A DNA stretch of 64,000 bases, taken from the NCBI GenBank assembly GCA_004764695.1, contig SMSO01000031.1:5122436-5186435 (forward strand), given 5' to 3'. Position numbers and translations under genes: made by a program. Below the pieces are notes generated by a model, which saw nothing but the letters and a program-made list of their open reading frames with translations, was not told the DNA's origin and did not search any database. Positions 1 to 10,877 of the stretch are shown in pieces (the stretch's first letter is position 1; every line of letters starts with the position of its first letter). The stretch comes from Schizochytrium sp. TIO01 (taxonomy: Eukaryota > Protista > Bigyra: Labyrinthulomycetes).

Positions 1-24
1 GATTACTCGTAACTAAGACTTACC

Positions 25-1164
25 TCAATTCTTTACAAAGTATTCTTCAAAAGTTCTGCGTAAAACAAAGCCACTCGAACTCGTATTGGGGAGTGATAGC
101 TTGTTCCGCACCTTTTGCCAGAGATGATTTGCGACCACGTAGTCAAAGCCACCGATCGCCTTTACAGCATCATACAATTTGGTCGGGTGAATAAGTTCAC
201 CCTTCAGACCTGTGAGCTTACTAATGAAGCGTTCACGCTGGCCGGCGAAACGCACAGCACGACCAGTTAACATGGATGAATCAAGATACTCTTGTGGGGA
301 CATCGCATTTGCATCTCCAGAGTCCATGATGATCTTGTCTCCTTCTTTAAGCTTGGGAAGACTGTTAGATACAACTCGACCTGACGCATCAACCCTGACC
401 GAAGCCAATTCTGAGGCGTCAACGTCTACATCCACTGTATAAGGGTAATTGCCGACTTTATCCGCAAAAGCAACTGAGTATCGCAGTTGGGAATTGTTGT
501 TTACATTTGATCGGCGTTTCTTGCGCTTCTTACCCTTTCCACCAGAGGATTTTACCGGAACATCGTCGTCAAGATCGTCGTCGAGATCCACTGACTCGTC
601 TCCTTCAAAGGAGGCATCATCATCAGGACCATCTCCATTTACCACCATGCGTTTTTTCGTCTGGCGGCCGGATCTGGTTGTATATTCTTCCTCTAGTGCT
701 TCCATGGCACCTGCCAAGAGATCTGCTTCTGCGACCTCTTGCGTCAGGTTTGCATCCCGCACTGTCCTTGCACCTCTTTTGGTTCTTCTTTGACCTTTAC
801 CTCCAGAGCTTGCGCTCTTTGAGGCAGTCACGCCAGCGTTAGGGTTTCCATTAGCGGTAGAGCTAGCGTTGGCCGAGGCGGATGCAGCCAGGCTGGCGTT
901 GGCTGATCCTGATGCACGGCGTCCGCGCGCGGCCTGTGCCTGGTCGGCGGAGGAGGGCGGAAGCGCGTAAACGGGGAGACAGTACGAGTTCACGAACTCA
1001 GAGAGGTTGAGCTCGCGTGCTTGGACAGCATGGTAGGGCAAATAGTCGTCCTGGATGCTGCCGGCCAGAGCCATGGTAAACTCGCGATCTCGCGCAGCCG
1101 CCCCGGACGCAGCGCCTGCGTCGAGGGCGGCGCTGACGGTGGAGAAGACCGTGAGCGCGGTCAT
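25..1164 (-). CDS. ARID/BRIGHT DNA-binding domain protein (~379 aa), nuclear chromatin-associated
   Basis: C-terminus 'RERFISKL...KLYDAVKAIGGFDYVVANHLWQKVRNKLSLPNTSSSGFVLRRTFEEYF' matches the ARID consensus (LY..V...GG...V.....W..V...L...LR..Y..Y). It also has a basic NLS-like tract (GKGKKRKKRR) and an acidic stretch. The first ATG is at 1164; the ORF track start at 1278 is a TTG in A-rich sequence. Confidence 0.8.
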   Translation of the reverse strand: MTALTVFSTVSAALDAGAASGAAARDREFTMALAGSIQDDYLPYHAVQARELNLSEFVNSYCLPVYALPPSSADQAQAARGRRASGSANASLAASASANASSTANGNPNAGVTASKSASSGGKGQRRTKRGARTVRDANLTQEVAEADLLAGAMEALEEEYTTRSGRQTKKRMVVNGDGPDDDASFEGDESVDLDDDLDDDVPVKSSGGKGKKRKKRRSNVNNNSQLRYSVAFADKVGNYPYTVDVDVDASELASVRVDASGRVVSNSLPKLKEGDKIIMDSGDANAMSPQEYLDSSMLTGRAVRFAGQRERFISKLTGLKGELIHPTKLYDAVKAIGGFDYVVANHLWQKVRNKLSLPNTSSSGFVLRRTFEEYFVKN

Positions 1165-1554
1165 GGGGGCGGCTGGTCGCGCGAGAGAGCGCGACCGATC
1201 CTCGCGGCGGCGGCCGGAGAGATCGGGATTTGAAATTTCATTTCTTTCGAATACGAATTTGAATTTGAATTTCTTCAAAAAATCAGATTTTCAAAAAAAC
1301 TAAAACAAAACAAAACAAATCTTCGAAAAAGAAACCGCAGTAAAGCCTCTTATCTCCCTCTCTTCCCCTATCCCGCCGTAGCAAAGGCGTCTCGAAACAG
1401 AGTTGCTTTCAGAGACAGTGGGCTTCAGAGGGGCGTGTCTCTCCTGAGGGGTATTTCACAAAGCTTGTGAGTGGGGGACATTCTCTCTAGACTCCAAAAA
1501 CAAGGGCCGCTTGTGAGGCAGAGGGGACGAGAGGGCGATTGATTGGCGCTGGCC

Positions 1555-1603
1555 TATAAGGCGCGGTCGCGTCGCGACGGGCACGGCTAAGGGGCTATAA
1601 AAT
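1555..1603 (+). promoter_or_regulatory. TATA-like boxes in the GC-rich divergent intergenic region between the ARID and Nudix genes
   Basis: CTATAAG (~1555) and CTATAAAA (~1596) in GC-rich sequence, with ATTGG (CCAAT on the minus strand) at ~1542 and a GTAAGC donor-like site at 1886 downstream. Confidence 0.3.
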
Positions 1604-2481
1604 ATGCCGCGGTGAGGGTTTTCTCGTGCTTGCTTGGTCAGGAGGACTCCAACTACGCAGGCTGGGCTGGGGCGGGCTGCTTCGGGGCTGTTTGGGAGCG
1701 GTGCCAGCGGGCTTTGATCAGCTTTAGGCAGCTCTGGGCGCCTTGGCTACCAGCTTCTAACGACCGCGACGAGAACGGGTGGCTCCGAAGCGCCGGCGCC
1801 AGACGGCCTAGCGGAGGGTACACTAAACTGTAGGAGTGCCTGAAATGGATGGTAACGCGTATATCATCGTTCTTTCGAAGTTTTGGTAAGCATGGTTTTA
1901 CTATGATGCTTGAAGGCAGCAGCAGGTAGAGGTTAGTTAGCATTGGTAGGACTAGTGTTGAGGAGTAAGAGGTTAATCTTAGAGAAACAAATGTACTCTG
2001 ATTGTAGTTTTGAGGATAGAGAAAGATCTGAAGAAAGATAGGAAAGTTGGGCTATTATATATATATATATTGCTGAGGCGAGGTAGACTGCGATTTAGAA
2101 GAAGAAGAAGAAGTGAGTTGCAATAGTAGGTGAAGAGAGCTTGAGTTGGTTGTTGTTGTTGTTGTTGGATTAATCCTCTTGAGGATAGAAGGGAAAGCGG
2201 GTGGTAGCGAGGAAGGAGCAGTGTGATTTGTTGGTAGAAGTTGTCGGCCTTGAGAAGTTCGAGAAGAAAAGCTTCGCGTTGGAAAGATCGGGTCTTCACA
2301 GCGCCTTCTTATTGAAGGGTAGAAATCCTCTTTCAGAAATCTACAGCAGCATTTGATGGTCAGAATGTGGCTGGAGCTACTCTCTCACTGAGCACTGATG
2401 GTGTAAATGACCTCTTGGAATGCTTCAAGGTAGTGGGGAAGGAGCTTACGCGATTAAGTGGCTATGGCACATAATATGACG

Positions 2482-2600
2482 GTGCGTATGTTGTGTTTTG
2501 TGAATTTGAGGCATTCATTTTGCTTGAACGAGCAAGACCTAACAAGCCAAAACTTTCTCTTGAACGAACTAAACCTTGACATATTCTTATCATTATATAG
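2482..2600 (+). other. Probable spliceosomal intron joining a micro-exon (ATG ACG, 2476-2481; alternative ATG 2464) in frame to the Nudix CDS
   Basis: Donor GTGCGT at 2482, branch-like ACTAAAC/CTTGAC at ~2568-2580, tandem acceptor TAG|CAG at 2598-2603. Positions 2601-2642 are 14 open codons in frame with ATG 2643. Confidence 0.55.
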
Positions 2601-2642
2601 CAGGCAACAAGGATCAAGCTATCGGAATATCAATCCAAGGCA

Positions 2643-3296
2643 ATGTCTGAGGACCACGACGATGGGAAAATTCGGCCAAGTGCCAAGGTCGTCTCGTGCG
2701 AGGAAGTCCAACCCGATGGATTTCGCTGGCTCAAACTCGCGAAGCTAACATACGAGGATCAAGAAGGCCACTCGAGACAATGGGAAATGTCTCAAAGAAG
2801 CACTCGCAAAGGTGAGGTTGACGGTGTTGCTGTTGTCTGCAAGCTGCTTAAGCAAGGCGAACCAACCAAGACCGTGTTAGTGTCCCAATTTAGACCTCCA
2901 GCCAATGCATACGTTCTTGAAGTTCCTGCAGGACTTGTCGATGGAAATGAAACTGCAGAAGAAGCCGCAATTCGCGAGCTTAAAGAAGAGACTGGTTTTG
3001 TTGCTTCCCGTGTAACCCATGTCTCGCCGGTTGTACTCTCTGACCCCGGTGTCTCAGCTGACACTATGCAATACGTCACTGTGGAAGTTGATCTTGACGC
3101 AAGTGAGAACAAGAATCCTCAGGCAACTCCTGACGAGGGTGAACACATTGACATTCACATTGTTGAAATCGATCGCCTTCTCGACATCTTGCAAAATCCA
3201 ACGCAACTCGTGCAAGGTCGCCCCAAAGTTGTAGTTGATGCACGTCTTTATGGTCTTGCACTGGCTTTCCTAAATACTGCATCTAACCGCTTGTAG
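2643..3296 (+). CDS. NUDT5: Nudix hydrolase, ADP-ribose/ADP-sugar pyrophosphatase (NUDT5/YSA1-like); may have a short upstream coding exon
   Basis: Complete Nudix box GLVDGNETAEEAAIRELKEETG, plus ADPRase-type motifs 'R.WE...R', 'VDGVAV', 'QFRPP...LEVPAG', 'SDPG' and 'DEGE.I'. Confidence 0.9.
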   Translation: MSEDHDDGKIRPSAKVVSCEEVQPDGFRWLKLAKLTYEDQEGHSRQWEMSQRSTRKGEVDGVAVVCKLLKQGEPTKTVLVSQFRPPANAYVLEVPAGLVDGNETAEEAAIRELKEETGFVASRVTHVSPVVLSDPGVSADTMQYVTVEVDLDASENKNPQATPDEGEHIDIHIVEIDRLLDILQNPTQLVQGRPKVVVDARLYGLALAFLNTASNRL

Positions 3297-4026
3297 TTAA
3301 CTGTACGCATGTAACTAATCAAAACATCACTTTGAATCACTACACTGGAGATTTGCGGAACTTCAACACCTGTGAGAATCCCAATTGTAAAACACTGGTT
3401 GTTAAACCACACTTACACATCAATCTAGTCTGTCTCACGTTTGATTCATTTGATCTTTCGCTCTTGCTTGTGTGAAGTAACGAAGAGTCTTACTTAGCAG
3501 CCTGCTAGAGTTAGGCAGATGAAGTGGAGTATCGTGTGAATTTATTTACAGGACAAAATTCGTTTGCCTCTACTCTTTATGTATCACAAACCTTCTCAGC
3601 ACCAAATGGCAAAAAGATCATTGACAGAAAAAGATGCTCGTAGATGCTAAAAACTTATTGTTTGCTAGATGAGTTCAATGCCAACTGCGGAAATTGTGCT
3701 ATTTCATAGACATGACTAAATAACTTTTAAATTAAAGGCTTTTGTTTTCTCTTGATTTCTTTCAAAAGGCAAGCATATATACACACATCGTGGAATATCT
3801 CGTCTGCATTAGATTTTACTCCTCTACGTTACTCCTCTGCATATAAAAAATACCATTCATAAGGCAAAGTAAAGTCATAAAGAATTGCATACTTGTAAGA
3901 CTCTTGTAAGTGTTTTCATTCATTTTTTTATTATAAGAAGCATGTTGTTGTTTTTCTTTTTGTAATAGAATTGTATCGATGCAGTATTAAATGCAGTTAA
4001 CGAGTTTTAACTTCCGGCAGCTACAT

Positions 4027-7000
4027 CTACAAGAATTCTAATGATGGCGGCTCCCATACCCCGTCTAAATTCTTTTCGATAGTATCTACGTCTAAAACAA
4101 AGCGCTCCATGATTAGTGGTCGTGTCCATGATCGTTCGCCGGTGAGACGGTCAACGTAGAAATAAAGTTCTAAGCTTGAGTCAGCATCAAGTCCTGCAAA
4201 TCGAACTTTCAAATAGCGATCTTGAACAGCGCGATGAAGGTGTTCATACAATGGAAAGACTCTGCGATAAAGACTTTGGATAACAGATGCAGCGTAGTAA
4301 ATGCGTGCGTTGTATCGCATTTCCTGAGCTAGTTTCTCCTTCATCCCTTGAGCTCTCCACATTCGCCAAGCAGACTGTATAATCAAAACTGCGCGTTCAT
4401 GGCGTCGCGATTCTTCAGCTTTACGGAAGATTGTAGACCTCACTGATTGCATTATCCCTGAGCCGGCAATACGCTCGGTGGCTCGGCGTTGCCGAAGTGC
4501 TTTGATTATTTGTTCATCTTGCTCTTGCTTACGGCGGAGGGACTGTGCTTGACGCTGCGCAAAAATTTCATCAAACATCTCCTCTCGCGCGATTTCTTCT
4601 CTCTCTTCGCGCAACAGCTCACACGATGAGCATGAACATGTTGATAAGCTGTCGTCGGAGCTCCCATCATTAATTCCAGTGGATGAATCATCTGCACCAG
4701 TATATTCTTCATCTTCCTCATCATCGTCAACCTGATCCTGCGGAATCATAGAAGTGCCTTGCCTCTTTATGGATTTAGGATTCCTGTGGTGTCGCTTCGA
4801 AGCTGATGCAGATGATTCGCGCAACTTTTGTCGGAAATCACAACGAGCTTGAAACACAAATTCAGGCATGACCCACTTTCTGAGTGCCGAACTCCACCAA
4901 TATTGTGTTGGGTCTAACTCAATTTCTCGAACAACACTTTGAGCTTTCTCACAAATACTCTTGCAATATTGTGCTTCCTCTTGTGCTTTGGCCACAAGTT
5001 TAGTATGGTCTTGTAAGACCAACTGCCTGTCTAAGCCCTGCGATGCAAGCAAACTTGATGTTTCTTGATACCACATATTGATCAGCTCCGACAGATTTTG
5101 TATATGCGAGTCGATGCTCCTGAGCATATCCTCTGCAAAATCTAGACTTGCCATCCACAGGACTCCTGATGAAAGTTCTATATAGGCGTTCTCTACTTTA
5201 CAGAGCAGTTCATGCGAGAGTATACCAAATATTCTTGATTCATGCAAATGTTCATGGCACTTCCAGCAACCAACATTGCGCACGTCATCGTACACTTGTT
5301 GGCTTGCATTTAATTGAACCAGCAAATCTTCTAAGCGCTTTGCTCTCTCACCAAGCCCTTGCTGTGCACCCATGACTTCAGTGACAATCATCTCTAAGAC
5401 ATAAGGGATCCAAGCTGCTGCATTGTGTAGCGTCATGTGTAAACAGTGGGCTTCAGATACTCTAGTCTCGAGTCTTGTTTGACATAACTTAGACAATTCT
5501 TGGAGTTGTTTTGCAGTAACAAGTGGCAGGCCACTTATTCTTACATTTTGCTCATGATATGCAAGTTGCGCTTGTGCAAGTTCGAGTCTAGCTTTGTCTA
5601 CGTTGCAAGGCATTTGACGTTGAAGAAGCCGCCGGTAAAACTTCCGTGCATCAGCTAATACGCCCAGGGTAGGCTTGACATCCTCTTGAAGCTGGTCAAT
5701 CTTACGTTGAGCTCGGTCAATATCATCTACAAGCTGTTCTCCATGGCGGTGGGCAAGTTGAAGCGCTTGGTCATAGTTGTCTTGTAAATATTGCAAGGAC
5801 ATTGAATGTGCTTCATATAGACGATGAAGGTTTGCTTCGACGTTCCTAATTCGAGATGTCAAAGTAGTAATACGACCTAATGATTCAAACTGTGTGGAAT
5901 GAACCTCTGGATATAAGAACAAGACCTTACGAATGTGTGTCCGAAGTTTAAGCATGAAGTCATAAAGATCATCTCGTAGAATGTAAGTACTGCTGTCATA
6001 TATACTTGCTAAGAGCTGAAAGGCTGCTGTAGAGACAAGAAGACGTGGACCATGGCGAGGCATTCTCCATTGTAGGTGTTGGACTGCATCGGCTAGCCAG
6101 TGTAAAGACTGAAGAGCGGCGTTCCAGTGCTTTGGCTCCTTAATTTCGTTGAATATTGCAAACAAACAGTTTCGATGCGACTTAGATACCGAACTACAAC
6201 TTATATCTTTCTGTGTCTGTAGAATACCACATGCGCGACCAAGGGAGTGAAGAGTTGCAATCAGGGAAGGGGAAAGCTCCGCTGGACGAGAGGAATATGG
6301 GTTTAGTTTCAACCTGTCTAGCCTGTTCTTGACTTCGTTGCAACGCTTCAGACGCACACGAACACCACGAACTTGTGCTTGAAAAGCGATGACGCCAAGA
6401 CGTATAATATTGAATAGAGCTCGGAATACTCGACGATGACGAAGTCCGCGCCACTGGGCTTGGAGAGCACGGGCGGCTATTTCCCTATGCAATCGCATCC
6501 TAGCTATATGTTTCCGTGTATTGCAGCTGAGAATAACAGCTGCTCGACGTTGCCGACGATAGGTAGGCCGAGCGATGACAAAGGCACGGATAAAAGCTTG
6601 TGCTTCACTGCAGCTGTGTGCCATTTTCTAATCATTCGACGCACAAGCCATCCACGAATAGATTTCTGAATCAGAACAAGAAGACGCTGGTTATGTTGCC
6701 AGGTGCGCGCGTGAATCCACATACGAATTGTCGTCTGTATAACAAGGATAGCCTTTCGTTGAGTCTGATAAGCATTGTACCTATACTTGCCTCGAAAGCT
6801 AGCTGTAACTTTAGTTGACGCCCATCGCTTCCGTGTAAAACCTCGGCGGGCAAGATAGCCACGAATGATATCTCGCACACGATAGTACAGTGCAAGCTCC
6901 TTATGGTACTGATGATAGACTATATATCGCCTGCACATAGCTTGAATTCGAGTTGCAGCCCTCTCTTGGCACTTTATAAGCTCGTATCGCAACTGTGCAC

Positions 7001-8521
7001 AATAGATAGCCTTGAGACGAGTGGCCTTGCGATGATCAAGGATGTGGGTGTACCAGGTCTGAATAGATCGACTGGCGTGATCACGCTGCACAATTGCGGG
7101 AATAATGCCTTGAGTCCACAAGGTTTGAGCTTGTTGGCGAACAACACGCTGATGAAAGTACTTTAGTGTACTGCGATAGGTTTTCGCAATGCATATGCGC
7201 AAAAAACATTGGATGGTTATCACAGCGTGGTTCCTCCTAGCAAGCCAGGCACGCCAGCGACGTTGCAATCAGACACAGCTTTTCGAAACATAAGAAAAGG
7301 TACACGTACTTTGAAAGCTCTAAAGAGAGCCTGTAGCCACGTGCATGCTTTGTTTCCCAATCGAGGTGCAAGAATGGTGACTTTTCGGACTTGAGGGAAA
7401 TCATCATGCGGCTTTTTATTTCGTAGATACTGTCGATATTGTCGCTGCTGCAATTTACGTTGGCGAATGCGTTGGACTCGACGGCGAGCGAGAAATCCAC
7501 GCACAAGAGACTGTATGCGAGGAGCTGCATAATCTTGCGATGATCGAGAAACTACAAACCACTGGCTAAGGTTAGTATCCATGGTGATACCAAGGCCGCA
7601 CAACTGGAGTTCCTTCTTGAGATGAGTATCCCGAAGGGCCATTTTTCCATTTGATGGAAATTCAAAGTGCTCGTAATAATATTCTCCACAGACTGATTTA
7701 AGGGGTGTATTTTGACGAGCTTGCCAATCGCCTGATTCAAATTCAACTTGAGGAGGGGCGGTTAGACGACGTGCAAGGGCATCTCGAATTGTTGTTACCC
7801 ATACCTGAGCAACTTTTGAAAGGGTTGCAGCAAAGTACAATGGAGTATCATCTCGTATATCAATACGAAAGGTGTAGATTCCTTGCAAGGCGTGAGCACT
7901 GTGAAATGCATTATTTGTCATCACAATATGGGAGTGCAAGTAATCAAGCTCAAACGAGTAAAGGGGACCATCAGAGATGCGATGTCGGTGTCCAGGTTGG
8001 ATGAACAACATTGGAACACCTGGGTCGAAAATAACCCAGGCAGGATACCAGTCGCCTGAAAGCTCAGGATCAATAAGGAGCCATCCTTGTGTATATCCAA
8101 CAGACTCTAGGACATGAACTTTACGGCCTACTTGCTGCCAGAAGTTGGATTGTTCACGATTGTCTATAGCTCTTGTTAAAAGTAAATCTTTGGTGAGGAA
8201 GTCCTTGCGCGCAAGGCGGTCGCGTGAAGCCACGGATCCACCGCAGCTTCCTTGTAAAGAAAGCTCTACGTTTCCTAGTGCTGGACGTGCGCGTTTTCGG
8301 GAACTCTGGTTCGCTTTTTCACGCAAGTGCGTTTTTACCTTGATGATACTGCTAGGCGCATTTGAGAGCGGTGGTAATCCAGGTTGTCTACTCTGAAAGC
8401 GGGTACGTTTTCGTTGCTTGGCTCCTGCCAGCGGCAGAGACTCTTTGGATATCATAACAAAGCAGGACTCATTGCCATGACGACTCGTGGCAGTGGACCC
8501 CGGAGCTTTTCTTATGCACAT
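4027..8521 (-). CDS. Large PH-domain / multi-IQ (calmodulin-binding) / coiled-coil / C-terminal WW-like protein (~1,500 aa); two single-base frameshifts (possible pseudogene or assembly errors)
   Basis: Three overlapping ORFs (7220-8521, 6504-7268, 4027-6624) join into one frame if one base is added near 7270 and one near 6601. PH-like 'GWLLI...WYPAWVIF...TFRIDI...LYFAA....AQVWVTTIRDAL'; many IQ motifs (IQSLVRGFLARR, IQAMCRRY, IQKSIRGWLVRR, LQAQWRG, IQSAWR); WW-like 'YFYVDRLTGERSWTRP'. Confidence 0.8.
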
Positions 8522-8619
8522 CCTGCTTGAACTAACAAGCTAAGCGCCGTTCAAGTGGTCTTCAAGTGCTCAGCTAAACAAGCCATAGGGTCGCGGGGAG
8601 CCCCGCGCCAAGATTCGTT

Positions 8620-9950
8620 CTCGGTCTCTCTGAAGTACACACCATGGTTCCACCTGATGTTCCCACATTTTACCTGAGCACCTCCACTTACATTTCATAT
8701 ACGTATTAGGATGTCGTAGAAGGACATATGCCGAGGGAGGACATGTTTCTAGTGTGTTGTTGTCGCTGAGATGAGTTCAAGGCCTCGTCTTGATACACAT
8801 GGGTTTACTAGGGAGCTAGCTATAATATCATTTTTAGCGGGGTATCAAAAACTATAAAGAAGAAAACAAAAAAAGAGAAAACTCATGTACCAAACAAAGC
8901 TTGGAATGTTCCTCCGCTCCCGATCTGAGCTTGGCTGCCCGTACAAGAAAGACTATGTAAGGAACGCTGACCAAGCCCCACTTGATGGCGAAGAAGGCAA
9001 GTTCACAGCATTACCAGCCAAATCCGGTGGTATAGTCGATTCACCAAGCTGTCCCTGGTAGCAAATGTGATGTGCAGGTAGGAGCTCTTTTCTAAAAATT
9101 CGGCTGAGAAAGGTTGCAGACGAAAACAGATTTTTCCTTACCGGCGGAGAAGGTGTCCGGAGTGATAGGGTCTAAGCATAAAATGCTCATGCCAAAAGTG
9201 CAACCGGCGAAAGCAAAAGCGGAAGAAGCCAAATGTTCCAAGGGTATTATGTACACGGAGAAGCTGTAGGCTTGTGCTGCATTGGGTACCAGCATGATAC
9301 CAGATCAAGCGGCAAATCGCTGTGAGACCGGCTTGCAGATTAAGTGTTGCCAGGTGCAGCTACTCGTGGCCAACACGGCGTATTTTGTGTCCTTTATAAA
9401 GAAATATTGATTAAGAAGTTCGGGTCCCGGCGTAAGGCATTCTCTACGGAAGTAAATGGTGAAAACAAAGATCTCCTACGAGGTTTTTCACGAGAGCCAC
9501 TTCGTGCAGGTTGAGTGGTACCTGATTTAGGTAGGGAATACACGTAAGGAAGTCGCTGACTCGGAATGCCAGTTTGTTGAACCTGTGGCACGCAAACAAT
9601 GAGACACTTTCTTAGGGTTGATACACTCTTCTTGCCGTTTATTTTTTGGCTTTCCTGTAAGGTAGGAAGAGCTTTGAACACCTGGCTTAATAAAGCTGCT
9701 TTGATTTATGCAGTCAGGTCCCAGTGCAAGTAAAAATTGGACCGTGAGATGGGCCGATCTTGAAAGCCTACATATCGCCCAAGCTGGTGAACTAAACGAC
9801 ACTTGTTTGCGGTCTTGAATCTCCGAACAACGTGGTATCCGCCCTCAAGAACCTTTACTATCCTTTTTAGAGCGGTGTCGTCGATATTTATTTTCCCTGG
9901 CAGTGCAGTTGTCGTGAGCGACAATCAGTGCAAATTATTAGAATGTAATT
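8620..9950 (+). mobile_element. Decayed Ty1/copia fossil A (integrase start, RT, RNase H)
   Basis: Frameshift-tolerant reads: INT 'VHT(D)V..P' ~8635; RT 'K(A)RL..VA' ~9095, 'QAANR(W)' ~9305, 'KEILIKKF' ~9398, 'G.L.(Y)VGNTRKEVA' ~9516-9557; RNase H 'GRKS' ~9661 and 'SGVVDIYF' ~9871. Confidence 0.6.
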
Positions 9951-9959
9951 GACTCAATC

Positions 9960-10600
9960 ATTCGCAAAGTCCAAAACATCGATAGCCACAAACAAGGCCT
10001 CTGGTTTTGATATAAACTTTAATTGATAGCTTTGTTGTATGTATAAATCATGTACTAGCTTAAATCTGAGCATCGATGGTTATAAGTTATTTCAAGTAGA
10101 CACTGGGTACGAACGCCAAATTTGCTGTTTTAAAACTGGTGAATGATGCTTTTATTTCGAGCTAAGTGGCCACTGTTCTTTACTGACAAGAGAATGAGGG
10201 AACAATGTGATCAACGCACCTCATTTGCCGGAAGTAAGGAGTGGCGTGGCTTGCTACTGGCAAACATCACAATCTTCCATGCGCGCCTGCATCTAAATGA
10301 AGATTGCTTGAGAAGGTCGCTGGTAAACTAAAAAGCCAAAATGTGAAGGCGTTCAAGTTGAAAGAATTAAAAAAAAGGAATAAGAAAAAGAATAAGAGAA
10401 TGCTCAGTACTGGTTAGAGTATTTCTGTCTGATTTGCTGCTTTTGCATTTTGATCCTGAGCAGTCTCGATAGCCTTTAGCGAATGTACTTTTGTGTGCTC
10501 GATTGTAATTCCATTCGCCAGGAAGAGGAAATAAGAGCAAACGAGCTCAAATAGGCCGAGTAATTCTTCTCCGCATCCGATTCCTCTTTAATCGATTTCT
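9960..10600 (+). mobile_element. Decayed Ty1/copia fragment B (post-integrase SH3 fold, RT N-half)
   Basis: 'KL..(R)A...' then 'DGYKLFQVDTG' ~10074-10107; 'EWR..A' ~10240; 'KGRW' ~10315; 'VRVFLS' ~10413; 'Q(L)D' ~10461. Confidence 0.5.
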
Positions 10601-10877
10601 TCTTTTATCCACACATAATCTTTCTTGAAAGGAAATTGTTTGATTTCCCGCTTCTTCTTTCTGAAAAAGAAAACAAACTTTGATTTTTATTATATTTAAA
10701 TTTAATAAATAAACTTTAAAAAAAAGCACAAAAGAGAAGTAACCCGCATGAATAAAAACATTTTTAATCAGCTAAAAAGTAACTAATAGAAGCAAACAAT
10801 CAATAGAAAGAAACAATTATTATTATTAATTGCTTTTTTGGTCATTGTTTTGTATTATTGTTTTTATTGATCATTAT

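Noticed and set aside
7236-7309. GTACGT...CTAG 73-nt intron or programmed -1 frameshift explaining the IQ gene break
   Set aside because: The intron would give the wrong frame and remove an intact IQ motif; there is no slippery heptamer in the ORF overlap.
8885-9061. 'VRNADQAPL' resembling a pogo/DDE_1 transposase
   Set aside because: No other DDE motifs; it lies at the start of a copia RT remnant.
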